NCBI GenBank assembly: GCA_965216325.1
Contig: OZ244160.1
Span: 32,001 to 96,000, forward strand
Source of the DNA: Coraliomargarita sp.
GTDB lineage: Bacteria > Verrucomicrobiota > Verrucomicrobiia > Opitutales > Coraliomargaritaceae
Length of the DNA stretch: 64,000 bases
Reading direction: 5' to 3'
The stretch's first letter is position 1. The number at the start of each line of letters is the position of its first letter. Below, in pieces: positions 9,465 to 20,282 of the stretch. Position numbers and translations under genes: made by a program. Under the pieces are notes generated by a model, which worked only from the letters and a program-made list of their open reading frames with translations, made no database searches and was not told the DNA's origin.

Positions 9465-10961
9465 TTACTGAACCATTTTGTGCTTCGCATGCTGACGCAT
9501 GGTGAAGGCCGCATAGACTGCGATCACGACGAAGCAAATGAATGGCAGGAAGAAGGAGCCGCGCACGCCAGAGGTGCCCATGAAGGTTTCCATGTCCATG
9601 ATGCCGGCTTGCAAGCGTGGCATGAAGCAACCCCCAACAATCGCGAGGATGAGGCCGGCAGATGCGATCTTTGCGTCCGGGCCAAGGCCATCGAGCGCGA
9701 TGCCGTAAATGGTTGGGAACATCAGCGACATGCAAGCGGAGATACCCATGAGGCAGTAAAGACCAGTCATACCTTCAAGGTAGATCGCGCCGAGTGTGGT
9801 GGTCATGGCGCCGACTGTAAGGGTCGCGAGAAGCGCGCCCGGGCTGATATACTTGAGGAAGAAGGTGCAGATAAAACGGCTGCTGAGGAAGATGACCATG
9901 GCGCCAATATTGTGGTTCTGCGCGGTGGCTTTATCCATGCCCAGTGTTTCTTGGGCGTATTGGATGATGAAGGTCCAGCACATGATCTGTGCGCCGACGT
10001 AGAAGGTTTGGGCAACTACTCCACCGAGATAGAGTGGGTTCTTTGCGAGTCGGCCGAGGATTTCACCAAGGGTCGAGTTCTCGCGCTCGTCATCCGCATT
10101 CGCGGTATGTGGCAACTTGCAGACTAGGAAGAGTGCGAGGACGCCAATGACCACAAAGCCAATGATCATGTAAGGGGTGGAAACGATTTTCAGGTCTTTC
10201 TGTTGTAGCTCGGCGTGGGTCTGGCCATTGAAGGTTGCGAGCTTGCCTGCCTTATAGTCGGCGAGCGCGTCGCTGAGGCCAACGCCCGGATTTGCAGCAA
10301 CATATTCTGCGAGCACTGGATCATGCACGGGTTCGCGTTCTTTTGCCTGAAAGATCGGAAGGACCTTGTGTCCGGGGGCAGTCACCTCTGCAGTCTCGCT
10401 GCCTCCATTCTGGTGGCTATTGAAGTCTGCGCGGAATTCTTCGACCTGAAGATTGGAGAGGATGAAGAGACTCGCGACAGTCATGCCGGTGAGCGAACCC
10501 ATTGGGTTGAAGGCCTGTGCGAGATTCAAGCGACGGGTTGCGGTTTCCGCCGGTCCCATCGAGAGAATGTATGGGTTCGCAGTGGTTTCCAGGAATGCGA
10601 GGCCGAAGGTGAGCACGTAGAGTGCAACCAGGAAGAGGTTGAAGCTCGCCATGGATGCGGCCGGCACACAAATCATTGCGCCGATTGCGTAGAGTGCGAG
10701 GCCCAAAATAATGCCGGACTTGTAGGAGAAGCGGCGAATGAACAGCGCGGCCGGGATCGCCATCGTGCCATAACCGCCATAGAAGGCCATTTGCACCCAG
10801 CTACTTTGGGCGTTATTGATAACGAAGACGTCTTTGAAGGCAGCAACCAGCGGGTTGGTAATATCATTCGCAAACCCCCAGAGTGCGAACAGAGTGGTTA
10901 CCAAGATGAAAGACAGAATGAACTGCGGTGGTATGACGGGTATTTTTTTGTCTTGTGACAT
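9465..10961 (-). CDS. fucP: L-fucose:H+ symporter (MFS)
   Basis: LFALWGFANDITNP, FLETTANPY, RRLNLAQAFNP, FYVGAQI, MSLMFPTIY. Confidence 0.95.
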   Translation of the reverse strand: MSQDKKIPVIPPQFILSFILVTTLFALWGFANDITNPLVAAFKDVFVINNAQSSWVQMAFYGGYGTMAIPAALFIRRFSYKSGIILGLALYAIGAMICVPAASMASFNLFLVALYVLTFGLAFLETTANPYILSMGPAETATRRLNLAQAFNPMGSLTGMTVASLFILSNLQVEEFRADFNSHQNGGSETAEVTAPGHKVLPIFQAKEREPVHDPVLAEYVAANPGVGLSDALADYKAGKLATFNGQTHAELQQKDLKIVSTPYMIIGFVVIGVLALFLVCKLPHTANADDERENSTLGEILGRLAKNPLYLGGVVAQTFYVGAQIMCWTFIIQYAQETLGMDKATAQNHNIGAMVIFLSSRFICTFFLKYISPGALLATLTVGAMTTTLGAIYLEGMTGLYCLMGISACMSLMFPTIYGIALDGLGPDAKIASAGLILAIVGGCFMPRLQAGIMDMETFMGTSGVRGSFFLPFICFVVIAVYAAFTMRQHAKHKMVQ

Positions 10962-11109
10962 GTGTTTTTTATTAGCTTGGGTTAATTAAAGAGATGCAGC
11001 GTATTTCAAGGGGTGAGCGGAAGAATATGCCTGAATTTCGTCTTGTTGGCTAGGGAAATTCCTGACTTTATATGGACATTATTGAACAATTTATTGTGTT
11101 GTCAGTATC

Positions 11110-11964
11110 ATGCAACCCGCATCGTTAGAGCTTTCTCCTCAGGTTCGCCGAGGACGCTATGCAAATTTTTCGGCGCTACCGGAATCTGGCGGGGGCATTT
11201 TCATGGCAGGATATGAAGAATGTATGCCGGACTATCAAATTGAGCGGTCTGATTTTCCGTTCTGGATGTTAGAGTTTATCGCGGGTGGGCACGGGCAATT
11301 GGTGAATGGTGACGAAACCGAGAATCTACGGCATGGATCGGCGTTTGTCTATGGGCCAGGGGTGCGTATTCGTTTTCAGAATGAGGCCGAACGGCCGTTC
11401 AGGAAGTATTTTCTCGTTTCGGCTCAAGCTCATTGTCCGCGTGTTTGGCAAGATATAGGCCTGCGTCCCGGAGCAGTGAGTCGGATCGGGGAAGCGACGT
11501 CGTTGATTACCATTTTTGACCAGATGATTGATGAGGGGGAACATCTGGATGCGCAGACGGAAAAAGTGGTGGGTGGCTTACAGGATGTGGCGCTCGGCTT
11601 GATGGCGCGTTATCAGAGTCCGATTCGGGGGGAGAGTTCACGATCACGTCATGCGTATGACCTGACAATGTCGATTTTGCAGCGGGATTATCGCCAACTA
11701 CAATCGCTCAGTGATTTAGCGAAGCAGTCGGGCTACAGTGGTGAATATCTTTGTCGGGTGTTTAAGAAATATCATGGATCGTCGCCGTATCAGGTCTTGT
11801 TACAGCGTAAGATGAGCGCTGCTTGGTTATTGCTGCGGGATGGTAATTTACAGGTGCGCGCGGTCGCTCAGGAGCTTGGATACGAGGACCCGTTGCACTT
11901 TTCCCGGATTTTTAAGAAGGTGATGGGCTGTCCGCCGAGTTCCGTCCAGACACGGGCATCTTAG
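11110..11964 (+). CDS. AraC-family regulator divergent from fucP
   Basis: cupin-like N-terminal domain and AraC HTH (VAQELGYEDPLHFSRIFKKVMG). Confidence 0.9.
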   Translation: MQPASLELSPQVRRGRYANFSALPESGGGIFMAGYEECMPDYQIERSDFPFWMLEFIAGGHGQLVNGDETENLRHGSAFVYGPGVRIRFQNEAERPFRKYFLVSAQAHCPRVWQDIGLRPGAVSRIGEATSLITIFDQMIDEGEHLDAQTEKVVGGLQDVALGLMARYQSPIRGESSRSRHAYDLTMSILQRDYRQLQSLSDLAKQSGYSGEYLCRVFKKYHGSSPYQVLLQRKMSAAWLLLRDGNLQVRAVAQELGYEDPLHFSRIFKKVMGCPPSSVQTRAS

Positions 11965-12445
11965 CGGCGTTGTTCTCGTTGGCACTGTATCGGTGACTGC
12001 CCGAATTGCTTTTTAAATGCGCGTGAAAAGTAGTGGACGCTTGAGTAGCCAAGAGAAATGGCGGTTTCGGTGACGCTTTTACTGTCGCGTTGCAGTAGGT
12101 CGCGGGCTCGGTTAAGCTTAATCATGTTCTCATATTCACGCGGTGAGAATCCGGTTTGCTTTTTGAAGGCAAAGCGAAAGCGGGAGTAGCTGACGCCAAG
12201 TTGTGTGGCGAGCGCTTTGAGGTCGGTATGCGTTTCCAGGTTTTCCAACATGGCTGCTTTAGCCTGGATGACGAGTTCGCTGTCTTTGCTTTGGCTGCTA
12301 TTCTCTGTGATGGTTCCGGATTTGAGGTAGGCAAGCACCAGGGGCAGGTGGCTTGCGAGGATTTGCTCTTTAGCCGGGACTGGTTGCTGCAGCCAATAGA
12401 GGATCCGGTCAAAGTGTTGTATGCGGGCATTTCTCAGAAGCAGAT
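11961..12445 (-). pseudogene. 5'-truncated AraC-family regulator (HTH half only)
   Basis: intact HTH (LGVSYSRFRFAFKKQTG, LGYSSVHYFSRAFKKQFG); upstream part of the ORF is antisense to a phosphoesterase fragment. Confidence 0.7.
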
Positions 12446-12449
12446 ACTT

Positions 12450-12795
12450 TGGCTCGTAGACGTATTGGACGACGCGGCCTCCAAGCAGGAGCCGACCGTC
12501 ATTATGTGCCACTATCCGATTCATAAGCCATTCGATGTTCAATAGTGAGGAAATGCTAGAGCTCTTGGACCAATACCCGAATGTGGTTTTATGGCTCAAT
12601 GGGCACAAACATAGTGGTGGTTATACAAAAGTTGGAAATCGTCACCATCTGACTTTGAAAGGGATGCAAGAAGAGGACGAACATTGGTATCAATTAGATT
12701 TCTCTAAAGAGCGTATTGTCGTCTATCAGGCTGAGGACCTTGAAAAGCCTGCATACGACATGGCTATCGATCATACATTATTTCACTCAGATTGA
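12450..12795 (+). pseudogene. C-terminal fragment of a calcineurin-like metallophosphoesterase, frameshifted
   Basis: VIMCHYPI in one frame; FNSEEMLELLDQYPNVVLWLNGHKHSGGY in another after about 12530; N-terminal motifs missing. Confidence 0.7.
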
Positions 12796-13111
12796 GTTTC
12801 TGCATGAGCATACAGTTCTTTTGGATGCTCAAAAATGGCTGACTGGCTACAGCTCGCCTAGAAAGAAGGTTCATCGTCACATTTCGGGGAGATCGAGGTG
12901 GTTTCAACTGAGCTTGGGAACTGATCCTCGTAGCGTTTGCTGAAGCGGCACGCTACGCCATCGTAAGGGAATACGCATGTCCTCACTACTATGATTTAGC
13001 TTATCTATCGCTCAGCGCTGATAGGATTCCTCTAGAAAGGGTGCAACCATCGATATTATGTAGATTGCGCACTATAGGGTCATAGTATTCCCCAGAAATT
13101 GACGATGAGCC

Positions 13112-13145
13112 AAAAAAAGACCCCAGCTCGGAAGCACGGGGTCTT
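13112..13145 (-). terminator. intrinsic terminator
   Basis: AAGACCCC..GGGGTCTT-type stem followed by a T-run on the minus strand. Confidence 0.7.
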
Positions 13146-13166
13146 GGACAGGTGATGAGTTGCTGT

Positions 13167-13883
<717 letters not shown>

Positions 13884-13904
13884 GTTTGATTTTGGGATTC
13901 TATA

Positions 13905-15287
13905 CTAGACGTGAAGATGTTCGTCAGTGAAGTGAATGATTTCCTGCTTCTCTGCGGCTGGATTGACCCAGTAAATTGGCGCTTCGGCTTCAAACGCATG
14001 GCGTGCATCGCAATTGAGCTTGTTCTCTCCACGGATCGCGCCAAGGAAATTTTCGATGTGTGGCTGGTGTGGAGGCTTATTCAAGCCGCCTGGCAGGCCA
14101 TATTCATCTGGTGGCGCAGATTCGTAGGAGGCGATTGCATCGGCGCCACCAGCTGCTTGGCCGAGCGCACCCTTTTTAAGGATGCCGCGACTTACCAGCT
14201 TGTTCCATGTATCGACATTGTCGGCACCGGATTCTTTGTAGATGTTCGTGTAAGCCTCGCGTTCGGAGATCTCGATGGTGCCGTTTGTACCCATGAAGGA
14301 TTCGTAGTAGCCGCCACCTGCACTGGTAGTGGTGAGCACTTGGTAGAACGCACGTGCGTTACCTTGTGGTGAGTCGTAATCGAAGATACACATGACATTG
14401 TCGAAGTGCTCGCGATCTTTGAAGAAGCTGCGTCCGCCAGATGCTAGGACGGACTTAGGCTGCACGCCCATGAACCAGTTAAAGGTGTCAATTTGGTGGG
14501 CACCGAGGTCGGAGATTGGACCACCCGAGAGTGCCAAATAGAAGCGCCAATTCAAGAAGCGGTGGCGGAGTTCTTCTTCGCTGAGCTCCTTGTCAGTTCC
14601 AGCATCGAAACCGTATTTCTTGAGGATGTCGGCCTTTGGAAGGATCGATGGCTTGGACACAATGTCCTGTGAGGAGCTGAGCGCACGGTTCCACTGGCCG
14701 TTCATGTTCACGATTTGGCCAGTAATGTTGTTCTTCTTCACCAGTTCATTGTAGGTAAAGAGGTAACGTGGGTTACTGCGGCGCTGGTGGCCGATTTGGC
14801 AGAGCTTGCCGCTCTTTTCGGCTGCGTGAACCATCGAGCGCGCACCTTCGATCGTATTGGACATCATCTTCTCGCAGTAGACATTACAGCCAGCTTCGAG
14901 TGCCATAATGGTGTGTGGTGCGTGCCAGAAATCAGGTGTGGCTACAAAAACTGCGTCGAGTTCCTCGTTGGCCAGCATTTCCTCTGGGTCAAGGTAGCGA
15001 GCGATGTCGTAGCCGAAGCGGGACTTGATCGCCGAAAAGGTGCGGCCAACGCGGGCTTTCATGATGTCCGCGGCTGCGACATAGCGGATGCCTGGTATGT
15101 TGACCATGGCGTTGAAGAGCACTTCATGCTGCTTGCCACAGCCAATGAAACCTACGCGGATTTCGTCTGAGGGCGCGCCTTCCTCTTTTGCTTTGAGAAT
15201 GGCGGGAGCACCGAGCATTAGGCCGGCGCCGATGGAGGACTTGGTCAGGAAGTCTCTCCGGGTCACTGTGGGGAATTTATCACTCAT
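13905..15287 (-). CDS. Tat-exported Gfo/Idh/MocA oxidoreductase
   Basis: TRRDFL twin-arginine signal, GFIGCG, ATPDFWH, VYCEKMM, DLGAHQID. Confidence 0.9.
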   Translation of the reverse strand: MSDKFPTVTRRDFLTKSSIGAGLMLGAPAILKAKEEGAPSDEIRVGFIGCGKQHEVLFNAMVNIPGIRYVAAADIMKARVGRTFSAIKSRFGYDIARYLDPEEMLANEELDAVFVATPDFWHAPHTIMALEAGCNVYCEKMMSNTIEGARSMVHAAEKSGKLCQIGHQRRSNPRYLFTYNELVKKNNITGQIVNMNGQWNRALSSSQDIVSKPSILPKADILKKYGFDAGTDKELSEEELRHRFLNWRFYLALSGGPISDLGAHQIDTFNWFMGVQPKSVLASGGRSFFKDREHFDNVMCIFDYDSPQGNARAFYQVLTTTSAGGGYYESFMGTNGTIEISEREAYTNIYKESGADNVDTWNKLVSRGILKKGALGQAAGGADAIASYESAPPDEYGLPGGLNKPPHQPHIENFLGAIRGENKLNCDARHAFEAEAPIYWVNPAAEKQEIIHFTDEHLHV

Positions 15288-15302
15288 GATTCAGGGGGTT
15301 GA

Positions 15303-15821
15303 TTACCACTTCTTGAGGATAGCGAAGCGGTTGTATTTCGCAAGTGTGAGGGCTGCAACAATCATGATAATGTGTGTGCCGAGCCAAGCGATACCTGCGT
15401 CTTGCTTGATGAGGATGAGGCCGAAAGTGAGGCTGGTGTAGAGAAGTCCCATTGCGAACAGGGTATAGCGTGTCGCAATGCCAAGAAGAAGAGTGACGCC
15501 CATGATCAACAGTGCTGGGCCGAGCACGATGTCATACAGGTTGAGGCCCCAGCTTGGGATCAGTGGCTCTCCGCTGAACTTGTCATAGAGCGGTGCGGGG
15601 ACACCGTGATAATTTGAGAAGGCATAGGCCTTGGATGTCGTTGCCTCGGTCAAACCGTATGCATTGGGCGCGCCATCAATCATGACGTCCTTTGAGCCGC
15701 TGGCGGTGCCGGCGAATTTCTCAATGCCGGTTTGGATGGCGCGCACTGCTAGCCAAATGCGTAGCGTGAGCATGCCGAGTGTAAGTCCGAGGTCGTTGGA
15801 GTTATTATCTGTGGATGACAT
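15303..15821 (-). CDS. DoxX-like membrane protein
   Basis: LRIWLAV..GIEKF and LLLGIATR pattern, four TM helices. Confidence 0.7.
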   Translation of the reverse strand: MSSTDNNSNDLGLTLGMLTLRIWLAVRAIQTGIEKFAGTASGSKDVMIDGAPNAYGLTEATTSKAYAFSNYHGVPAPLYDKFSGEPLIPSWGLNLYDIVLGPALLIMGVTLLLGIATRYTLFAMGLLYTSLTFGLILIKQDAGIAWLGTHIIMIVAALTLAKYNRFAILKKW

Positions 15822-16077
15822 GAATATTTATGGATCTGGGGTTTGATGACACCGATTTCAGTGAAAGGTTGCGGTTTATACAAAAAACATTCCTTCAATC
15901 AACTGAAAAATGCCTGCTCGCAATGCCTGTTGTCTGCCGTTGCGGCTTCTTCTGTATGTTTTTGATGGTTTGTAAGTAGTTGATTTTTAAAGTAATGTGG
16001 TGCGCCTGTTGCGTGGTTTTTGGTTCTATTAGCGATTTTTATTTGTTTTGGAAACTTTTGGATATTGGCAAAAAGCG

Positions 16078-16410
16078 TCATTTGATTCCGATTTTTGTGC
16101 GTGCTTTGGGTTGTTTTTGCAATTCAGAGACAGTTTCAGGCTGATGTGTTGCTAGATTCGTGCTTTCTGCGTTGGGTTGTCGATAGTCGTAGGGTTCGGT
16201 GTAACCATCCTTGTCTTGGACACGGCGGTAGTTGGTCGTGTGTATGGTTTGTGTGCTGCCATAGTAGCCGATAGCGCTGTGGCCAGCAGTTGAAGGTGTC
16301 CTGATTTGCGGCTGTAGTGAGATGCCGGATCCGCCCGATTTTGGATGGTTGAGGCCAGGGAGATCACAAGGTGTGGGGAAGATGTCGACCGTTTCGACAA
16401 TGCCTGCGCT
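16078..16410 (-). pseudogene. C-terminal fragment of a sulfatase
   Basis: GIVETVDIFPT.CDL.GL, SGISLQP, EPYDY...ESTNLA...PETVSEL; no N-terminal CxPxR region. Confidence 0.75.
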
Positions 16411-16448
16411 TGCTGTGTAGAATACGACGTCGGCGATCACGGTCGCGA

Positions 16449-16763
16449 TCAACAAGTCTCATGCGAGTAGCGGGAGATGAAGGTCTTGGCCTCATTAAAC
16501 GGATTGGAGTCGCTGCTTAGGGTGACGTGAGCGAGTGCGATCAGCATGATCACACCGCACAGCATCGCTAAGGGCTGCAACCACATGAGCGAGTAGCCGG
16601 CTATAGCGCCGAGGTCGAGTGCACCCGCGAGTGAGCCGCCACCGAGTGTGACCGCGGCCTGCAAACAGCCGGGACTGGTGAGTTTTGCGTAGCCTCGCAA
16701 TCTGCCGAAGAAGCTCCGGTCTTGGATCGTGTTGATTTGTTCGAGATGGTTGTTCTCTTGCAT
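16449..16763 (-). pseudogene. N-terminal fragment of an NRAMP-like divalent cation transporter
   Basis: PGCLQAAVTLGGGSLAG, GYSLMWLQPLAM; ends after about 100 aa. Confidence 0.65.
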
Positions 16764-16789
16764 GCTTTTTTTTGAGGGGCAGGGCGTTT

Positions 16790-17578
16790 GTTTACAGTTC
16801 GCGGATTCGGACGTTGCGATACCAGACCTCTGTGGTGTTGGCGAATCTGGGTCAAGAGATTCTTTGGCGTGAGCAGATGTTGCTGTCATTGGAGGTGAGT
16901 GCTGATGAAAGCTTTGGGCACCGTTCTAGTGTGCCTGTGCATGTTGAGAATGAGGCGCATGTTGGGGCTATCGTGGCGCATTACTTTGGTCCGCGTCCTG
17001 GGGCGCGTAATCTGGTGTATTTAAGTGTGGGCGTTGGGTTGGGCGCTGGCGTTTTTGTGGACGGTGTTTTGGTGTGCGGTAAGCGTGGTTTCGCGGGGCA
17101 GGTTGGGCATACGCACTTTGTGGGTAATGGTGTGTAATGCACTTGTGGTAAATATGGCTGCTGGGTTACGGAGATCGGTGCTTCGGCGGTCCGGCGCAAG
17201 CTCCTTGAGGCTGGCGTGAATATTCCACGTAAGCTTGGTGATGGTGTGGGGTGGGTTGTTTGTGTTCAGGAGCGGGTGCAGGCGGGTGATTCTGTGGTGA
17301 TCGAAGTTTTGGGGTCGGTTGGGGGTCAGTTTGGGAGTGGTCTGTCACGCCTGGTCCAGTTGGTGAATCCTTCTATGGTGGTTCTGGGCGGGCGCTTGGG
17401 GGGCTTGCTGGGATGCGTGGAATCGGTGGTTCGTGATGCGATGCTTGCTGAGACTTTGCCTTATATGGCGGAGTCTTTGGAGGTGGTGGTTAGTGGCTCT
17501 GGGGATGGTCGTCTGCGTGGTTGTCTGGCTATGGTTTTTGATGTGGTGATGAAGAATCCGCCGATGGTGGATGTTTAG
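16790..17578 (+). pseudogene. degraded ROK-family regulator/kinase
   Basis: PVHVENEA, VYLSVGVGLGAG, GFAGQVGH, in-frame TAA at 17135-17137, then CTCGKYGCW and LVNPSMVVLGG; N-terminus lost. Confidence 0.85.
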
Positions 17579-17819
17579 TTTACTTGGTGGTTCTCGTCAG
17601 ATCGCGGCATTTTGTTTTTGTTGCTGAGACTGAGTTTTGTATACTTTGGGAGTTTTTTTGTGATCCTGTTGCTTGTTTTGTGTTTTTTTAAGGTGTTGTT
17701 CGGTAGTGGTTAACGGCTTTTTCTTGATTTCGCCCTCCGTTCGTTGGTGTCGGGGTTGGTACGTTTTTTGAAATAAATTCTTGTCAAATCTCGTCAGGGC
17801 GTGCTTTCTGGCCCTGTCT

Positions 17820-18599
17820 ATGGAGTCTGCCCAAACTGTCAGTGATTCTGCGTCTGCGTTACAGGAGCGCTTTATGTGCTCCCTTCGTCGGAGGCAGTTG
17901 CTGGTGGCGCTCTTTGATAGTGTTCCGGGTGCGCACTTTTTTGTTAAGGATCGCCAAAGTCGCTTTATGGACGGTAGTCGTAGTTTTGCGCATACGCTTG
18001 GTGAGTCCTCGATTGATTCGATGCTTGGTAAAACGGACCATGATTACAGCCCGGATTTTTTGGCAGATGCATTCTACGCGGATGACCAAAAAGTGATGTC
18101 TACTGGAGAGGGGATCTATAACAAGATCGAGTTGGTACCATCTGAGGACGGAGCGCTGGATTGGTTGTGCACGACGAAGATTCCGCTTTGCGGTGAAGAT
18201 GGCCAGATTGTTGGTTTGGCTGGTGTGGCGCGTGTGATTCGCGACTCTGACTCGGTGTATGCGGATCACCCTGAGATGCACCTGATCGTCGACTATGTTC
18301 GCGCTCACTATCGTGAGAAGTTGTCGGTTACGGATATGGCGCGTGGGGGAGGAATCTCAGTGAGTTCACAGGAGCGCTTGTTCCGTAAGACTTTTGGGCT
18401 TACCCCCTTGATGTATTTACGCAAAACGCGTCTGAATGCGGCCTGTAAGCTACTTCGGGATACCGATACTTCACTGTCGGAGATTGCCGTTCAGTGTGGC
18501 TTTAACGACCAGACGAATATGACCCGTGCTTTCCGTATGGAGCTGAAGATTACGCCACTTCGTTATCGGCGTCGATTTAGTGAGTCGCGATCTCGTTAG
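17820..18599 (+). CDS. PAS-domain AraC-family regulator
   Basis: FFVKDRQSRF, LGKTDHD, TTKIPL..EDGQIVGLAG (PAS); IAVQCGFNDQTNMTRAF (HTH). Confidence 0.9.
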   Translation: MESAQTVSDSASALQERFMCSLRRRQLLVALFDSVPGAHFFVKDRQSRFMDGSRSFAHTLGESSIDSMLGKTDHDYSPDFLADAFYADDQKVMSTGEGIYNKIELVPSEDGALDWLCTTKIPLCGEDGQIVGLAGVARVIRDSDSVYADHPEMHLIVDYVRAHYREKLSVTDMARGGGISVSSQERLFRKTFGLTPLMYLRKTRLNAACKLLRDTDTSLSEIAVQCGFNDQTNMTRAFRMELKITPLRYRRRFSESRSR

Positions 18600-18677
18600 C
18601 AGGAGGACGTCTATGCGGACGAAGAGATTTTTTTCTTATAACATAAGTTACAACCCTAACCTAACTACATAAAAACT

Positions 18678-20258
18678 ATGGAACATAGCAAAAATGACAG
18701 AATTGTCTTTTGGGGCTCGTTTATAGCCCTGATTACAACGTCGATGGCATTCATTATCCGTGCCATTCTGATTAATAGTGGAATCTGGCCGGAACAGTTT
18801 GGTCTAGATAAGGTTCAAGGGGGGATCCTGTTTGGTGCTGGCATCTGGCCGTTTGCGATTAGCATCATTCTGTTTAGTCTGATCATCGACCGTGTTGGCT
18901 ATAAGTTCGCGATGTTCTTTAGTTTTGCATGCTATGCATTATTCGGGGTTCTCGCTGTGATGGCCTACGGTATCGTGAATGGCGAAGTTGCTGATTTGGC
19001 ATCTGCGCAGGCTAAGGCATGGAATTATCTCTACTGGGGCTCAGTGATTCTGGGGCTCGGTAATGGCACGGTGGAAGCGTTTATTAATCCGGTTGTCGCG
19101 ACTCTTTTTAAAGATGAAAAAGCCAAGTGGCTTAATATTCTGCACGCCGGGTGGCCTGGTGGTCTTGTGCTCGGTGGGGTGCTTGCTATTGGTTTGAGTG
19201 GTGTCGTGGCAAACGACTGGCGAATTTTGGTTGGATTGATGTTCCTACCTGCGTTGATCTATCTGGTGATGCTGGCGAAGGTGCAATTTCCAGTGAATGA
19301 GCGAGTCGCCGCTGGTTCCAGTTATCGTGAAATGCTTGCCGAGTTTGGCACTGCTGGTGCCTTTATCGCGTTCTATTTGATTTTTGCTCAATTGGGGCAG
19401 GTCTTTGCGTGGTCTGCGGTGGTCACTTGGGCATTGATTGCGCTCTCAGTTGTCGCATACGGTTTCTATAGTCGCTCCTTTGGTAATCCTTTGTTGCTTA
19501 TCTTGGTCATCATTATGATGCCCCTGGCGACGACAGAACTTGGCACAGATGGCTGGATTTCTGCACTCATGGAGAAGCCTATGCATGAGGCTGGTTGGGA
19601 TCCGACTTGGGTGCTTGTTTACACATCCGTGATTATGATGGTGCTGCGCTTTAACGCGGGCCCGGTGATCAATAAATTTGGTCCGCTGGGCTTGTTGGCT
19701 CTGTGTGCATCGCTTGCAATCCTTGGGCTCTATTTGCTCTCGTTTGCTACAGCGGTGGCATTCATTTTCTTTGCTGCGACGATCTATGGTGTGGCAAAAA
19801 CCTACTTCTGGCCGACGATGCTTGGTGTAGTCGCTGAGCAAACTCCAAAGGGGGGTGCGCTGACTCTCAACGCGATTGCGGGGATTGGTATGCTAACTGT
19901 GGGTATTCTTGGCGGGCCATTCATCGGCTTTCTTCAGGAGAGTTCTGTTACCTCTGCGATCGAAGAGGAACTGCCTGCTGTTTACGAACAGGTGACTCAG
20001 GAGAACGACTATTTGCTTGGACATTATACAGCGCTCAATGCTGCAGCGGTCGACGAATTGCCTGAAGCAATTCAAGCACAAGCCAATGAGATCCGTGAGC
20101 GTGAGACCCAAGGTGCGCTTGCTAAAATGTGCATGTTCCCGGCCTTCATGTTGGCCTGCTATATTGGTCTACTTCTCTACTTCAAGAGTAAGGGGGGCTA
20201 TAAGCCTAAGGTTCTCGGCGGTGCTCATGGGGATCCAGGGGAAGAAACCGCATTCTAA
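18678..20258 (+). CDS. MFS transporter, probably for sugars/glycosides
   Basis: about 12-14 TM segments, IIDRVGYK, GLGNGTVEAFINP, FWPTMLGVVAE. Confidence 0.88.
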   Translation: MEHSKNDRIVFWGSFIALITTSMAFIIRAILINSGIWPEQFGLDKVQGGILFGAGIWPFAISIILFSLIIDRVGYKFAMFFSFACYALFGVLAVMAYGIVNGEVADLASAQAKAWNYLYWGSVILGLGNGTVEAFINPVVATLFKDEKAKWLNILHAGWPGGLVLGGVLAIGLSGVVANDWRILVGLMFLPALIYLVMLAKVQFPVNERVAAGSSYREMLAEFGTAGAFIAFYLIFAQLGQVFAWSAVVTWALIALSVVAYGFYSRSFGNPLLLILVIIMMPLATTELGTDGWISALMEKPMHEAGWDPTWVLVYTSVIMMVLRFNAGPVINKFGPLGLLALCASLAILGLYLLSFATAVAFIFFAATIYGVAKTYFWPTMLGVVAEQTPKGGALTLNAIAGIGMLTVGILGGPFIGFLQESSVTSAIEEELPAVYEQVTQENDYLLGHYTALNAAAVDELPEAIQAQANEIRERETQGALAKMCMFPAFMLACYIGLLLYFKSKGGYKPKVLGGAHGDPGEETAF

Positions 20259-20282
20259 TTTAACTCCAATCCAATTATTATT

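Noticed and set aside
13039..13066. dif-like sequence GGTGCAACCATCGATATTATGTAGATT
   Set aside because: XerC arm lacks the ATAA core, spacing is off, and no skew inversion is evident
17135..17137. In-frame TAA in the ROK gene as recoding or readthrough
   Set aside because: The gene also lacks its N-terminus and has an internal deletion; ordinary pseudogenisation explains it
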